Shown here in pieces: positions 1 to 8,088 of a stretch of 34,303 nt of DNA. Source of the DNA: a virus (taxonomy: Duplodnaviria; Caudoviricetes); IMG/VR virus record IMGVR_UViG_3300032260_000012, positions 1 to 34,303 of that record; one strand, given 5' to 3'. The notes beneath the pieces are model-generated. The model was given only the letters and a program-made list of their open reading frames with translations. It ran no database searches and was not told where the DNA came from. A program made the translations under genes and the position numbers. Numbering within the stretch: position 1 is the stretch's first letter; each line of letters opens with the position of its first letter.

Positions 1-357
1 GTAATCCGTCGCTACATCCCTACACCCTGCGGTTTGGCGAGTCATACGCTCCATCGATGCTTCTGGTTTCATCTCCATGGATGCAAGAAACCATTTTTTG
101 TGTAAATTCCACCCACAGACGTGGCCGACTAACTGAGATTTACCATGGCCGTTATATCCACCCCAGATAGTCACTTCTCCAGGCCTAAATCTGATTAGGT
201 TGTGAGTCTTTGACCAAGGCAAGCAGTCCCCCGTCGTTGCTACATCACCATTCATCCGCTGAATGACCTTATCGGTGAACTCACTGGCCTGGGACACAAA
301 CTGGCTTTGCTGCTCACCAATCAACCCCAAAACATCTTCGTCAGTGATGACTTTCAC
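1..357 (-). CDS. DnaB/T7 gp4-like SF4 replicative helicase, N-terminal part (truncated by window edge)
   Basis: Not in ORF track. Manual translation from GTG at 357 (GTGA overlap with upstream stop) gives MKVITDEDVLG...RFRPGEVTIWGGYNGHGKSQL...FLASMEMKPE, with Walker A GxxGxGKS and the SxEM motif of SF4 helicases; open to base 1. Confidence 0.85.
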   Translation of the reverse strand, partial: MKVITDEDVLGLIGEQQSQFVSQASEFTDKVIQRMNGDVATTGDCLPWSKTHNLIRFRPGEVTIWGGYNGHGKSQLVGHVCGWNLHKKWFLASMEMKPEASMERMTRQTAGCRDVATDY

Positions 358-785
358 GAGGCTCTGCCCTTGATTCGCATATATGCCTGAAGTTCTAGAT
401 CCATGTCTCGCTCTGTCAGCTTTTCACCGTTAGCACGTTTGCGCCTTCCCTCATCGATGATCAATTTATCCTTTGTCCCTTGATCCATGGGGGGTGTTGC
501 CTGATTACGTTTAATCCTGCGCCTCTGCTGTTCATAGTGGATTAGGTTGTTGTGACGCGTAACAAAATCGTCGGAAAACAACGCCCCCATATCCAACTCA
601 ACTGAAGACATGATGTCCGCCGGGGCACATCCCGCGAAGCAACGAATCAAAACGTTACCGTTATCGGCTTGCGTAATGGCAAGAGATGGGTCTGAGTCCT
701 CGTGCGCCGGGCAGCAAGCCATCCAGCTACCTTCACCCCTTACCCTTACCTTCTCCAAGCGAGAAAGCAGAACCTCGACGCTCAT
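354..785 (-). CDS. Primase-type zinc-finger (CHC2-like) protein without TOPRIM domain
   Basis: WMACCPAHEDSDPSLAI...VLIRCFAGC zinc-binding motif; lies between initiator and helicase. Confidence 0.75.
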   Translation of the reverse strand: MSVEVLLSRLEKVRVRGEGSWMACCPAHEDSDPSLAITQADNGNVLIRCFAGCAPADIMSSVELDMGALFSDDFVTRHNNLIHYEQQRRRIKRNQATPPMDQGTKDKLIIDEGRRKRANGEKLTERDMDLELQAYMRIKGRAS

Positions 786-1510
786 ACGGCCCCCACGGAA
801 TAATCATCTTGTGAAGCCTCGGCGTTAGGCCCATTGTTTTTTTGAATCGTTAACGTGTCCCACTGCTTACGTAGCTTCGAGGGTGAAAGGATGTTGGCTT
901 TCCAAAAAACGTGCTGATTGGCCCACTCGAACAATTGTTGAATATCTGAGTGAGTCCGCTGGTCTTGATCTCGCATCAAGCGAATATCGTTAGCCCACGA
1001 TTCGAAATTTGGTTCTTTGGCTCCTGAGTTAAGATCTTTGATTCTCGAAAACATCTGTTGAGCAATTTTAAGATCTTCGTCAGAGAATTTTTTCTGTGAC
1101 GTATTACTTCCCTTCCCTTCCCTTCCCTTCCCTTCCGGGGGTGAGCGCTCGGCGACTGTTCGTCGAATTGTGGTTTCTATAACGCCATCAGAATTAGGAT
1201 ATTTGTATGTTGCCTTATCTATTTTCTGATGAACCCATCCCGTTACCTGCCAATAACGTTTGTTTTCTACTTCATATTCAATGATTAAGCCGTTGTCTAT
1301 TAATTCGTCTACCATTCGACGAATGTTCTCCGACAAGTAGTCGTCGCCTGGGAACACTTCCATCTTTAAACGCTTAACGCTTGCAGGGTGAATACCTGCG
1401 TCATCTGCAAAGTTCCAAATGCCGATAAACAACAATCGAGCGTCGACGGAACATTCCACGACTTGTTCAGATGTCCAAAAATCAGGTTTAATCGTCCTAA
1501 TCCTCGCCAT
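782..1510 (-). CDS. Phage replication initiator (lambda O-like C-terminus)
   Basis: N-terminal MARIRTIKPDFW typical of phage replisome organisers; GKGREGKG linker; C-terminal WANDIRLMR...FWKANILSPSKLRKQWD resembles the O-protein C-terminal domain. Confidence 0.8.
   Translation of the reverse strand: MARIRTIKPDFWTSEQVVECSVDARLLFIGIWNFADDAGIHPASVKRLKMEVFPGDDYLSENIRRMVDELIDNGLIIEYEVENKRYWQVTGWVHQKIDKATYKYPNSDGVIETTIRRTVAERSPPEGKGREGKGSNTSQKKFSDEDLKIAQQMFSRIKDLNSGAKEPNFESWANDIRLMRDQDQRTHSDIQQLFEWANQHVFWKANILSPSKLRKQWDTLTIQKNNGPNAEASQDDYSVGAV
1108..1136. repeat. (TTCCC)n pentamer tandem repeat inside the initiator gene
   Basis: ttcccttcccttcccttcccttcccttcc; encodes EGKGREGKG. Confidence 0.85.
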
Positions 1511-1695
1511 TATTTAACCAATTTCAAACCGAGAATGCGTCTGTGCCTCGGCAAAGCAGGGGGTAACCGTTTATCTAGTCGCCTAATAATGGCGAAAGCT
1601 TCCTCATTGAGCCCCTTAGCGTGTAAATTAAGCGCCTCACTGGTCTGCGCCTGGATACATCGAAGGGTTTCGTCTGGATCATCGAGTAAGCCCAT
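1510..1695 (-). CDS. Small hypothetical protein (CII position)
   Basis: Coupled to the initiator by TAATG; directly downstream of the cro-like gene. Confidence 0.55.
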   Translation of the reverse strand: MGLLDDPDETLRCIQAQTSEALNLHAKGLNEEAFAIIRRLDKRLPPALPRHRRILGLKLVK

Positions 1696-1704
1696 TTGTT
1701 CCCC

Positions 1705-1902
1705 CTATTTTTCCTCGTCAGCTGGCCAAACCATGCCCGGCCATATCTCCATTCTCATGTCAAGCTCGCGTTGGGGAGGGATAGGCTTATCCATCCCCCA
1801 CAGAGTGACCGCCATCTTCGAGCACGGACGTATCTGATCAAACGCTGCAGCAATATCCTTCTTCTGATCGTAGTGTTCGAGTAAGTGTCTGACTGTAATC
1901 AT
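1705..1902 (-). CDS. Cro-like repressor
   Basis: 65 aa, HTH-like (DIAAAF...SKMAVTLWG..IP..R); divergent from the cI-like gene. Confidence 0.7.
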   Translation of the reverse strand: MITVRHLLEHYDQKKDIAAAFDQIRPCSKMAVTLWGMDKPIPPQRELDMRMEIWPGMVWPADEEK

Positions 1903-1907
1903 ATTTT

Positions 1908-1928
1908 AAAAGTAAAGCATGGGTTTAC
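1908..1928. promoter_or_regulatory. Repressor operator (OR-like) overlapping the cro promoter
   Basis: aaaaGTAAAGCATGGGTTTAC; exact 21-bp reverse complement at 2512-2532; imperfect palindrome GTAAA-N7-TTTAC. Confidence 0.8.
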
Positions 1929-1978
1929 CGAATTAGCAAGTGCTTTTATTACAATATTCTGATTAGTTATTTTGGGCT

Positions 1979-1997
1979 AGTTAAGCTATGCTTTACT
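1979..1997. promoter_or_regulatory. Second operator upstream of the cI-like gene
   Basis: AGTTAAGCTATGCTTTACT shares the ATGCTTTACT half-site; 18/19 identical to 4213-4231. Confidence 0.7.
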
Positions 1998-2023
1998 CAG
2001 TAGTAAAGGAAGAGGTATACAAA

Positions 2024-2419
2024 ATGAACGATCAAGCTCACAGATTAGATGAGACGTTAAGAACCACACGGAAAAACCGCAGAATAAGTCAAACGGATAT
2101 CGGCGCTTCCTGTAGTCCTCAGGTTGGAAAGGTCACGGTTGGCCTTTGGGAACACCCAGACCACAAAAAAAGGAATACTCCTCGCTTAGATCAACTCCAG
2201 GTCTATTCTGACTTAACGGGAAAATCTGTTGATTATATTATTGATGAATCAATCGAGGTGGCCGAAGGGTGGAAGGTAGACACCGAAGACGAATCGACGG
2301 TTACTAAAATAAAGGTTTTGTTAGATAAGTTTGAAGATTTACCCCTTGTAGCCAAAAAAGTATTTTTGAGCAGTGCCAAACACCGAGCAAAAGAATTAGA
2401 AGAGGAGCAAGAAGCTTAA
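2024..2419 (+). CDS. CI-like XRE-family HTH repressor lacking an S24 autopeptidase domain
   Basis: LRTTRKNRRISQTDIG...VGKVTVGLWE HTH. ATG at 2024 has a GAGG RBS; the track start at 1988 lies inside the operator. Too short for a peptidase domain. Confidence 0.75.
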   Translation: MNDQAHRLDETLRTTRKNRRISQTDIGASCSPQVGKVTVGLWEHPDHKKRNTPRLDQLQVYSDLTGKSVDYIIDESIEVAEGWKVDTEDESTVTKIKVLLDKFEDLPLVAKKVFLSSAKHRAKELEEEQEA

Positions 2420-2460
2420 AGACTTCTCCGTTGTAAAAACATCTGTCCAATTAATCTGAG

Positions 2461-2484
2461 CCTGCTAACCAGCGGGTTTTTTTT
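2461..2484 (+). terminator. Intrinsic terminator after the repressor
   Basis: CCTGCT-aacc-AGCGGG followed by T8. Confidence 0.8.
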
Positions 2485-2500
2485 CGTCTAAAAATACACC

Positions 2501-2533
2501 TTGATTAAAAAGTAAACCCATGCTTTACTTTTT
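2501..2533 (+). promoter_or_regulatory. pL-like promoter with operator in the spacer
   Basis: TTGATT at 2501-2506, then palindrome AAAAAGTAAA-cccatgc-TTTACTTTTT; further half-site ATGCTTAACT at 2560-2569. Confidence 0.7.
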
Positions 2534-2582
2534 GCATCAGCATATTTTAATACGATCATATGCTTAACTTGGCAAATGAAAA

Positions 2583-3269
2583 ATGAATGATACCGCTAGA
2601 CAAATAGAAACAACAACGCCTATGCAGCTGTTAGCAATAGCTACAGAGAAAGGCGCTGATTTAGATCAGATGGAAAAGCTGATGAACTTACAAGAGCGGT
2701 GGGAGGCGTCACAGGCTAAGAAGGCGTTCTTTCAGGCCATGTCAGAATTTCAATCGAAAGTGCCTTCTATCAAGAAGCTAAAAGAAGGCCACAATTGCAA
2801 ATATGCACCTATTGGCGATATTGCCGAGCAGATACGCAAGACAATGAATGACTGTGGGTTTTCTTATCGGTTTGAGCAGGAACATTCGGAGCGGATCAAA
2901 GTAATCTGTGTGGTAACCCATGTCGATGGGCATAGCGAGCGCACGGATATGAGCGCGGGCGCTGACTCTTCTGGAAATAAAAACGGCGTACAAGCAATAG
3001 GCTCCACAATTACATATCTGCAGCGATACACGCTTACTAGCGCTCTAGGCATTACCACTGCAGATGAGGACATGGACGGGCGATTGATGACATCAGACGG
3101 CGACTTTCTATCTGGTGAACAAACATCACAGTTGGAAACTTTATTATCCGAAACAGGTTCCAGTAGAAAGAAATTTCTAGCGTATTTTGGCGCGAAAGAG
3201 CCGGGGGAAATTAAGGCTAGCCAATTCACGCGTGCGGTGACCATGTTAGAACGGAAGCTGGAAAAATGA
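2583..3269 (+). CDS. erf: ERF-family single-strand annealing protein
   Basis: KYAPIGDI...H.DGHSE...QAIGSTITYLQRYTLTSALGI...DEDMDG ERF signature. Confidence 0.9.
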   Translation: MNDTARQIETTTPMQLLAIATEKGADLDQMEKLMNLQERWEASQAKKAFFQAMSEFQSKVPSIKKLKEGHNCKYAPIGDIAEQIRKTMNDCGFSYRFEQEHSERIKVICVVTHVDGHSERTDMSAGADSSGNKNGVQAIGSTITYLQRYTLTSALGITTADEDMDGRLMTSDGDFLSGEQTSQLETLLSETGSSRKKFLAYFGAKEPGEIKASQFTRAVTMLERKLEK

Positions 3270-3889
3270 AGATTCACAACGTTGAACAAGGCACGCCCGA
3301 ATGGTTAGCCCTCCGACTCAGTATTCCAACCGCTTCTATGTTCGGAAAGATTATTACTCCCACAGGCAAGCTGTCAACGTCTGCAAGCGGCTACATGATG
3401 CAATTAGCCGGTGAGTGGGTAGCCGGTGCCCCAGAAGAATCATTTACAAATGCTGACATGCAGCGCGGAACAGAACAAGAAGCAGAAGCCCGGAACTATT
3501 ACCAGTTTTTTGCCGATGTGGAAGTGGTCCAGGTCGGTTTTATTACTTCCGATGATGGCCTCATTGGCTGCTCTCCTGATGGCCTGGTTGGTGATTCTGG
3601 CGGACTAGAGATTAAATGTCCAAAGATGAATGGCCACACCGAAACGCTGTTAAAGCAATCTCACCCTACTAAATACATCCCCCAAATTCAGGGGTGCATG
3701 ATGCTTACGGATAGAGAGTGGTGGGATTTTGTCAGTTATCACCAAAAAATAGAGCCCTTAATTGTCCGGGTTACCCGAGATGACGAGTACATCAAAAAAA
3801 TGCAGATTGCTTTGGATAATTTCAACGATAAGTTGAAGGAGACCAAAGAGAAATTGAGCATTTACCGAAAATTGGAGTGCGCTGCATGA
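3266..3889 (+). CDS. YqaJ/lambda-exonuclease family recombination nuclease
   Basis: EQGTPEWLALR...TAS, GCSPDGLV, LEIKCP and YIPQIQG motifs. Confidence 0.92.
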   Translation: MKIHNVEQGTPEWLALRLSIPTASMFGKIITPTGKLSTSASGYMMQLAGEWVAGAPEESFTNADMQRGTEQEAEARNYYQFFADVEVVQVGFITSDDGLIGCSPDGLVGDSGGLEIKCPKMNGHTETLLKQSHPTKYIPQIQGCMMLTDREWWDFVSYHQKIEPLIVRVTRDDEYIKKMQIALDNFNDKLKETKEKLSIYRKLECAA

Positions 3890-4191
3890 GTTACGATAAT
3901 ACTAACAAGGGCGCTATTTGGGGGAATACCCGCAAAGAAAAAGACACCCACCCAGACCTCACCGGCTCGATTAATATTGAAGGGAAGGAATATTGGGTAA
4001 GCGCTTGGAAAAGAAAGCCAGACGAAAACCCTAAAGCCCCAGCATTAAGGCTGTCCGTTAAACTGAAAGAACAGCCCCAGCAAGCAGCACCACAACAACA
4101 GGCTAGTTATCAGCAGCCGCAGCAAGCAGCCGCAGCGCCTCAACAGAACAGCGGCGGTTATGACGATTTCGACGACGATATTCCTTTCTGA
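3886..4191 (+). CDS. Single-stranded DNA-binding protein (phage type)
   Basis: YDNTNKGA...HPDLTGSINIEGKEYWVSAW, Q-rich linker, acidic tail DDFDDDIPF; ATGA overlap at 3886. Confidence 0.8.
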   Translation: MSYDNTNKGAIWGNTRKEKDTHPDLTGSINIEGKEYWVSAWKRKPDENPKAPALRLSVKLKEQPQQAAPQQQASYQQPQQAAAAPQQNSGGYDDFDDDIPF

Positions 4192-4204
4192 CAATTATCA
4201 TTAG

Positions 4205-4233
4205 TTGACACCAGTTAAGTTATGCTTTACTTA
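4205..4233 (+). promoter_or_regulatory. Promoter with remote repressor operator
   Basis: Perfect -35 TTGACA at 4205-4210; operator copy AGTTAAGTTATGCTTTACT at 4213-4231 fills the spacer; -10 is weak. Confidence 0.65.
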
Positions 4234-4280
4234 TATGTTTTAGGGGAGTTTTACTACTTATAAAACATGGGGATAACACA

Positions 4281-4562
4281 ATGGTGGCACAATCAAAAAC
4301 ATTAGCAAACCAATTAGGCGTTACGGTAAAAGATGAATTAGCCTTATTTCATGAACTCTGTGATGAATTAAGAAAATGGAATATAGTAAGCGTTGCTGAA
4401 GAGGCCGAAATGTGTAATACAACACTTTATAACTGGATTAATGGTGTGTCTATCGGGAGATTCCAAAACGTCATTAAAGTTGGTCGCGTGCTAGGAATGG
4501 AACTTCAGTGGGTCCGCGATTCAGGGGGAAGCAAGAAGCCTTCATTATCTGTTGTAAAGTAG
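4281..4562 (+). CDS. HTH DNA-binding protein
   Basis: IVSVAEEAEMCNTTLYNWING...RFQNVIKVGRVLG XRE-like HTH; own promoter and terminator. Confidence 0.7.
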   Translation: MVAQSKTLANQLGVTVKDELALFHELCDELRKWNIVSVAEEAEMCNTTLYNWINGVSIGRFQNVIKVGRVLGMELQWVRDSGGSKKPSLSVVK

Positions 4563-4574
4563 AGTTTATTTACT

Positions 4575-4604
4575 AGCCCTTAGCTAAACAAGCTAAGGGC
4601 TTTT
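4575..4604 (+). terminator. Intrinsic terminator
   Basis: AGCCCTTAGCT-aaaca-AGCTAAGGGCT-TTT, perfect 11-bp stem. Confidence 0.8.
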
Positions 4605-4629
4605 GTCTGCGTAAGACAAAGGAAGTTTA

Positions 4630-4881
4630 ATGTCGGATGTAGAAGATCAAAAGATAGGCAATCTCATCGTAACGCGCAAGGTGAATATCAAGTGGGAATG
4701 TGGCCACCAATTAGTCGGGATTGAAGTACAGGCTAGAAGGCATGGCGACCAGTTAGGATGCCCGTCTTGCTTGATTATACGATTTCTTGAATGCTATGAA
4801 AATGATAAAGATAAGTTAGGAACCGATTGGTTAGAAATTGTAGCGTTGGCGGAAAAAGTAAGAGAAGACCATAAATCTTAA
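4630..4881 (+). CDS. Hypothetical protein (possible Zn ligands CGH...CPSC)
   Basis: AAGGAAG RBS; 83 aa; hairpin follows at about 4897-4918. Confidence 0.55.
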   Translation: MSDVEDQKIGNLIVTRKVNIKWECGHQLVGIEVQARRHGDQLGCPSCLIIRFLECYENDKDKLGTDWLEIVALAEKVREDHKS

Positions 4882-4967
4882 TCACACCTTCAAATCTCCC
4901 CGTGTTTCAGCGCGGGGACATCTAGCACACCTCTAGTAATCAAATAACCATCTTAAAATCACCAGGC

Positions 4968-5112
4968 AACTTTCTGTTAACATTTAGTTAACTGTTAACC
5001 TTCTGTTAACACTTGGCTAACTGTTAACTCTCTGTTACTATTTAGTTATCAGTTAACTTTCTGTTATCTATTAGTTAGCGGTTAGCCTTCTGATTACTTT
5101 TAGTAAACCAAC
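4968..5112. repeat. Five degenerate 29-bp tandem repeats; probable partition centromere (parS/parC) and par operator
   Basis: Units start at 4968, 4997, 5026, 5055 and 5084 (e.g. aactttctgttaacatttagttaactgtt; aaccttctgttaacacttggctaactgtt); array ends at the parA RBS. Confidence 0.85.
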
Positions 5113-5129
5113 CGACAAGGAGTTAAAAA

Positions 5130-5834
5130 ATGCCTACCGTCGTAATAGCGTCAAGCAAAGGTGGCCCAGGGAAAACAACGGTCGCCACATCATTAGCCTC
5201 AGAGCTTGCTAGACTGGGTGAAATCAAAAAAATGGGTGTTACCCTTATTGATTCAGATCCTAACCAGCACGCGGCTAAGTGGGCGCTTAAAGAGGGTTGC
5301 CCTAACAATATTACGCTTGTTCGGAATTCAACAGAAAAAACGATCATCGACGATATAGAAAATGCGGAAGAAAAAACGGCCCTTGTTGTGGTAGACACAG
5401 AAGGCACCGCGAGTATGACGGTTTTGAATGCCGTTAGTTTTGCTGATTTGGTTATTATACCGTGCCAAGGCGCACAAGATGACGCTGACGAAGCACTTAA
5501 AACAATTGATCTTATAATGCGCTGCCGACGAAGCTCACGACGAAACATCCCGTTTTCAATACTCTTTAACCGAACTCATCCAGCAATCGAACCAAAGGGA
5601 CTCAAGCACATTGTGAGTGAATTTAGTATATTAGGAATCGATGTTTTTAAAACTTCTATAGTAGAGCGTGAAGCGTTGAGAACTGTTCGATCTGTTGGCG
5701 GAACAGTCAATGATTTGACGCCTAAAGATGTTTCAGGTGCTGATAAAGCAGCGGCAAATTCAAACGCATTTGCACTCGAAGTAATCAGAAAATTGAATGC
5801 AATAGATTTGGGTATAGGTGTTTCTAATGACTAA
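5130..5834 (+). CDS. parA: ParA-family partition ATPase (short type Ib / VirC1-like)
   Basis: Deviant Walker A SSKGGPGKTT, LIDSDPNQ, Walker B VVVDTEG, ADLVIIP; no N-terminal HTH; AAGGAG RBS. Confidence 0.92.
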   Translation: MPTVVIASSKGGPGKTTVATSLASELARLGEIKKMGVTLIDSDPNQHAAKWALKEGCPNNITLVRNSTEKTIIDDIENAEEKTALVVVDTEGTASMTVLNAVSFADLVIIPCQGAQDDADEALKTIDLIMRCRRSSRRNIPFSILFNRTHPAIEPKGLKHIVSEFSILGIDVFKTSIVEREALRTVRSVGGTVNDLTPKDVSGADKAAANSNAFALEVIRKLNAIDLGIGVSND

Positions 5835-6183
5835 AAAACGGGCACCACTTGGAGCGGGGCTTGATTCTGATATAGGGAATTTTGCAGGCAGTGAGGGGAA
5901 AACTAAAAAACTACCTATAAACCAAAACGAAGCAAGGAATATTTCGAGAGAGGCCGGTTTTCCCAGCAGGGAAGCCCCAAAAACACGCGACCGTCGTAAC
6001 GTCTCACCATATGCGTTAAGTAAGGGATACAAGGTGCGTTCTGGTATGCATGCTTTAATCATACGTATAAGCGATGAGTTAGGCGTCAAGGATCATACAA
6101 TGCACGAACGAGCCCTTTTAGCCCTAATCGAAAAAGACTGTTCTGATGATTTAAAGGCCGAATTTGAGAGGCTGACAAAATAA
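5827..6183 (+). CDS. Small ParA partner / centromere-binding protein
   Basis: Overlaps the parA end; KRAPLG N-terminus, AGFPSRE motif and an RHH-like C-terminal region, as in plasmid stability/partitioning determinants. Confidence 0.7.
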   Translation: MTKKRAPLGAGLDSDIGNFAGSEGKTKKLPINQNEARNISREAGFPSREAPKTRDRRNVSPYALSKGYKVRSGMHALIIRISDELGVKDHTMHERALLALIEKDCSDDLKAEFERLTK

Positions 6184-6189
6184 GGTGTG

Positions 6190-6232
6190 GGCCAATATGG
6201 GTTAGGCGATTCTGTCTAGTCCAATATTGGCC
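6190..6232. terminator. Long hairpin between convergent operons
   Basis: GGCCAATAT...ATATTGGCC with inner pairing; no clear U tract. Confidence 0.45.
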
Positions 6233-6260
6233 GGCTCTGTTTAATCCACTGTTATATGCA

Positions 6261-6593
6261 TCAAACTTCTGGCAGCGAATAGAACCTTTCATCTGTCATA
6301 TCAATTCGCTTGAATCTAACTTCATTGCTTTCACCGTTATCTAAGTTATCTGCTGAAATAATGTATTCAACTATATGAGGTGCCCCAACCCATCCGCTTT
6401 CTGCCTCCTCATAATAAAACAGTCGTGGATACACTTCTGTTTTAAACAAAGGACAATCACTATGATGGCGACCGTCGTTCGCAGCAGCTAAATCAATTTC
6501 ATTCACAAACGTTAAGGATGAGCAAAAGCACCTAACAAGGCTATTCATATATTTCGACCATTTCTTCATCCGTAGGCTTGCGCTCAGCATCAC
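6261..6593 (-). CDS. Hypothetical protein
   Basis: Last gene of leftward cluster; overlap-coupled to upstream ORF; start uncertain. Confidence 0.55.
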   Translation of the reverse strand: MMLSASLRMKKWSKYMNSLVRCFCSSLTFVNEIDLAAANDGRHHSDCPLFKTEVYPRLFYYEEAESGWVGAPHIVEYIISADNLDNGESNEVRFKRIDMTDERFYSLPEV

Positions 6594-6868
6594 AATCCGT
6601 ACATCTCATCATTAAGCCGGTCACATTCTGTTTTAGCGTCAATTTCAGCGCGGTAAGGCCCCGCAACTTTTGGGCCTCTTGATGCTAACTTTTCCGAATA
6701 TTGAAAAACACACCACCCGGTTTTGGCGTGTGAGTAGCTAATGTAATATTCACCGTCTTGCATTTCATCAACCTTATCCTCCGCGCCTGGAGTGTAACAG
6801 CCCACCGACACTGATCCGCCACGCTCATGGCATGTATCGCATCCGTCGTTATTCTTGCAGGCATTCAT
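6590..6868 (-). CDS. Hypothetical protein
   Basis: AAGGGGA RBS; Cys-rich N-terminus. Confidence 0.55.
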   Translation of the reverse strand: MNACKNNDGCDTCHERGGSVSVGCYTPGAEDKVDEMQDGEYYISYSHAKTGWCVFQYSEKLASRGPKVAGPYRAEIDAKTECDRLNDEMYGL

Positions 6869-6888
6869 GTTTATCCCCTTGTTTATTG

Positions 6889-7023
6889 TTAGGTGGCCTT
6901 ATCTCTAATGTTGGCAGCCTTCGCCCGTTTTCTATTGTAATTCCACGACCACAAATCTCTCATCCACTTGAAGCGAAAACTCCCATCGTGACCCCATGCC
7001 GCATAACATTTTTTATGTTTCAT
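6889..7023 (-). CDS. Small basic hypothetical protein (44 aa)
   Basis: Manual translation MKHKKCYAAWGHDGSFRFKWMRDLWSWNYNRKRAKAANIRDKAT; fills the gap in the leftward cluster. Confidence 0.35.
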   Translation of the reverse strand: MKHKKCYAAWGHDGSFRFKWMRDLWSWNYNRKRAKAANIRDKAT

Positions 7024-7059
7024 AAAATTAATTACCCTTAAAATTCAGCCGGGAATTCC

Positions 7060-7308
7060 TCAGTTTTGCAACTTAGCTTTAATCATTTCTACATTGTTTG
7101 GATGTATATATATCTTTTGCTCTATTCGATAAAATGGCCTAACCTGTTTGTAACCAAATCGTTTAATCCATTTTTTTTGGACGCGGTAATAGTAGCTCGC
7201 AGTCATCCAACTTTTGTATTTCAGCCTTCTAACTGGCTCATCTTCTAACTCAGGTATTAAATTGTCTGCAATAACTTGAAACCCTGTTTGCTCATTCATA
7301 TCAATCAA
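7060..7308 (-). CDS. Hypothetical phage protein
   Basis: Overlaps upstream ORF; RVQKKWIKRFG and IYIHP motifs. Confidence 0.6.
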   Translation of the reverse strand: MIDMNEQTGFQVIADNLIPELEDEPVRRLKYKSWMTASYYYRVQKKWIKRFGYKQVRPFYRIEQKIYIHPNNVEMIKAKLQN

Positions 7309-7729
7309 TCCCTGTTATTCCGCGCCATACAAAATCACCTTTGTCCTCAACCATTGCCGGTTCCTCATCCTTACAATGGCATTCATGACCTATCAGGTAT
7401 TCAGCAACGGGCATCCAGAAATTACGCACGAACCCATTAGGAACATGGTTATCTTCTTCGGCACCCGTCATGTCAAAAACTTTACAAACAAATTTAGCCT
7501 CGTTTCGTGAACACCTTCCACCCCTCTTGCTAACAGAGACGTGATACTCAGGGCCTTTGTCGATATCTTTAGGGTCGTGCGCTACCTCAACTGCTGAGAT
7601 AACCGATATTCCTTGTTCTGGAAACCACCAAACATGGCCCTCATACCCTAAAGTAACTTGAGTATCTGCTGATCCTTCGTATACCCAGCCTTTGCCGCTG
7701 GGGCGCTTTGGTTTAATTATGCTTTCCAT
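7301..7729 (-). CDS. Conserved-looking hypothetical phage protein
   Basis: EYHVSVS, EEDNHVPNGFVRNFW and CHC motifs; RBS present. Confidence 0.7.
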   Translation of the reverse strand: MESIIKPKRPSGKGWVYEGSADTQVTLGYEGHVWWFPEQGISVISAVEVAHDPKDIDKGPEYHVSVSKRGGRCSRNEAKFVCKVFDMTGAEEDNHVPNGFVRNFWMPVAEYLIGHECHCKDEEPAMVEDKGDFVWRGITGID

Positions 7730-7751
7730 AAAGACTACACCCTTCCCTTCT

Positions 7752-8087
7752 TTACGAGTATTCCCAAAAAATACCTATAACCTCGCTACCATCTTCAAGC
7801 TTACTCATCCATTCAGATCTGTTGGTGTTTTTTTCCGAAATTTTTCTAATCTCGGCTACGTCCACGTCAAATACAGCGAATATAGACCACAGCCTGTCGC
7901 CATCTTCTTCTGAGTAATGCCTCCAAATATCAAAGATACAATCCTGAAAAAAGAATTTAATACCCTCAATCTCACAAACACCAAACAACGGCCCATCGTA
8001 GTACCCCCATGTTTCGACAATTTTTACATCCGGCAATACGGGGCCAAAGCTCTTGAATGAAGCTGGCAAAAATATTTGTTTGCTCAT
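7752..8087 (-). CDS. Hypothetical protein
   Basis: YYDGPLFGVC motif; tightly packed in operon. Confidence 0.6.
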   Translation of the reverse strand: MSKQIFLPASFKSFGPVLPDVKIVETWGYYDGPLFGVCEIEGIKFFFQDCIFDIWRHYSEEDGDRLWSIFAVFDVDVAEIRKISEKNTNRSEWMSKLEDGSEVIGIFWEYS

Positions 8088-8088
8088 A

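Noticed and set aside
1108-1136. GGGAAGGG repeats as clustered KOPS for FtsK loading
   Set aside because: They match GGGNAGGG on the minus strand but encode the GKGRE linker common in this initiator family; no genome-wide polarity could be established by eye.
4968-5112. 29-bp repeats as a CRISPR array
   Set aside because: Repeats are contiguous and degenerate with no unique spacers and no cas genes; position before parA fits a centromere.
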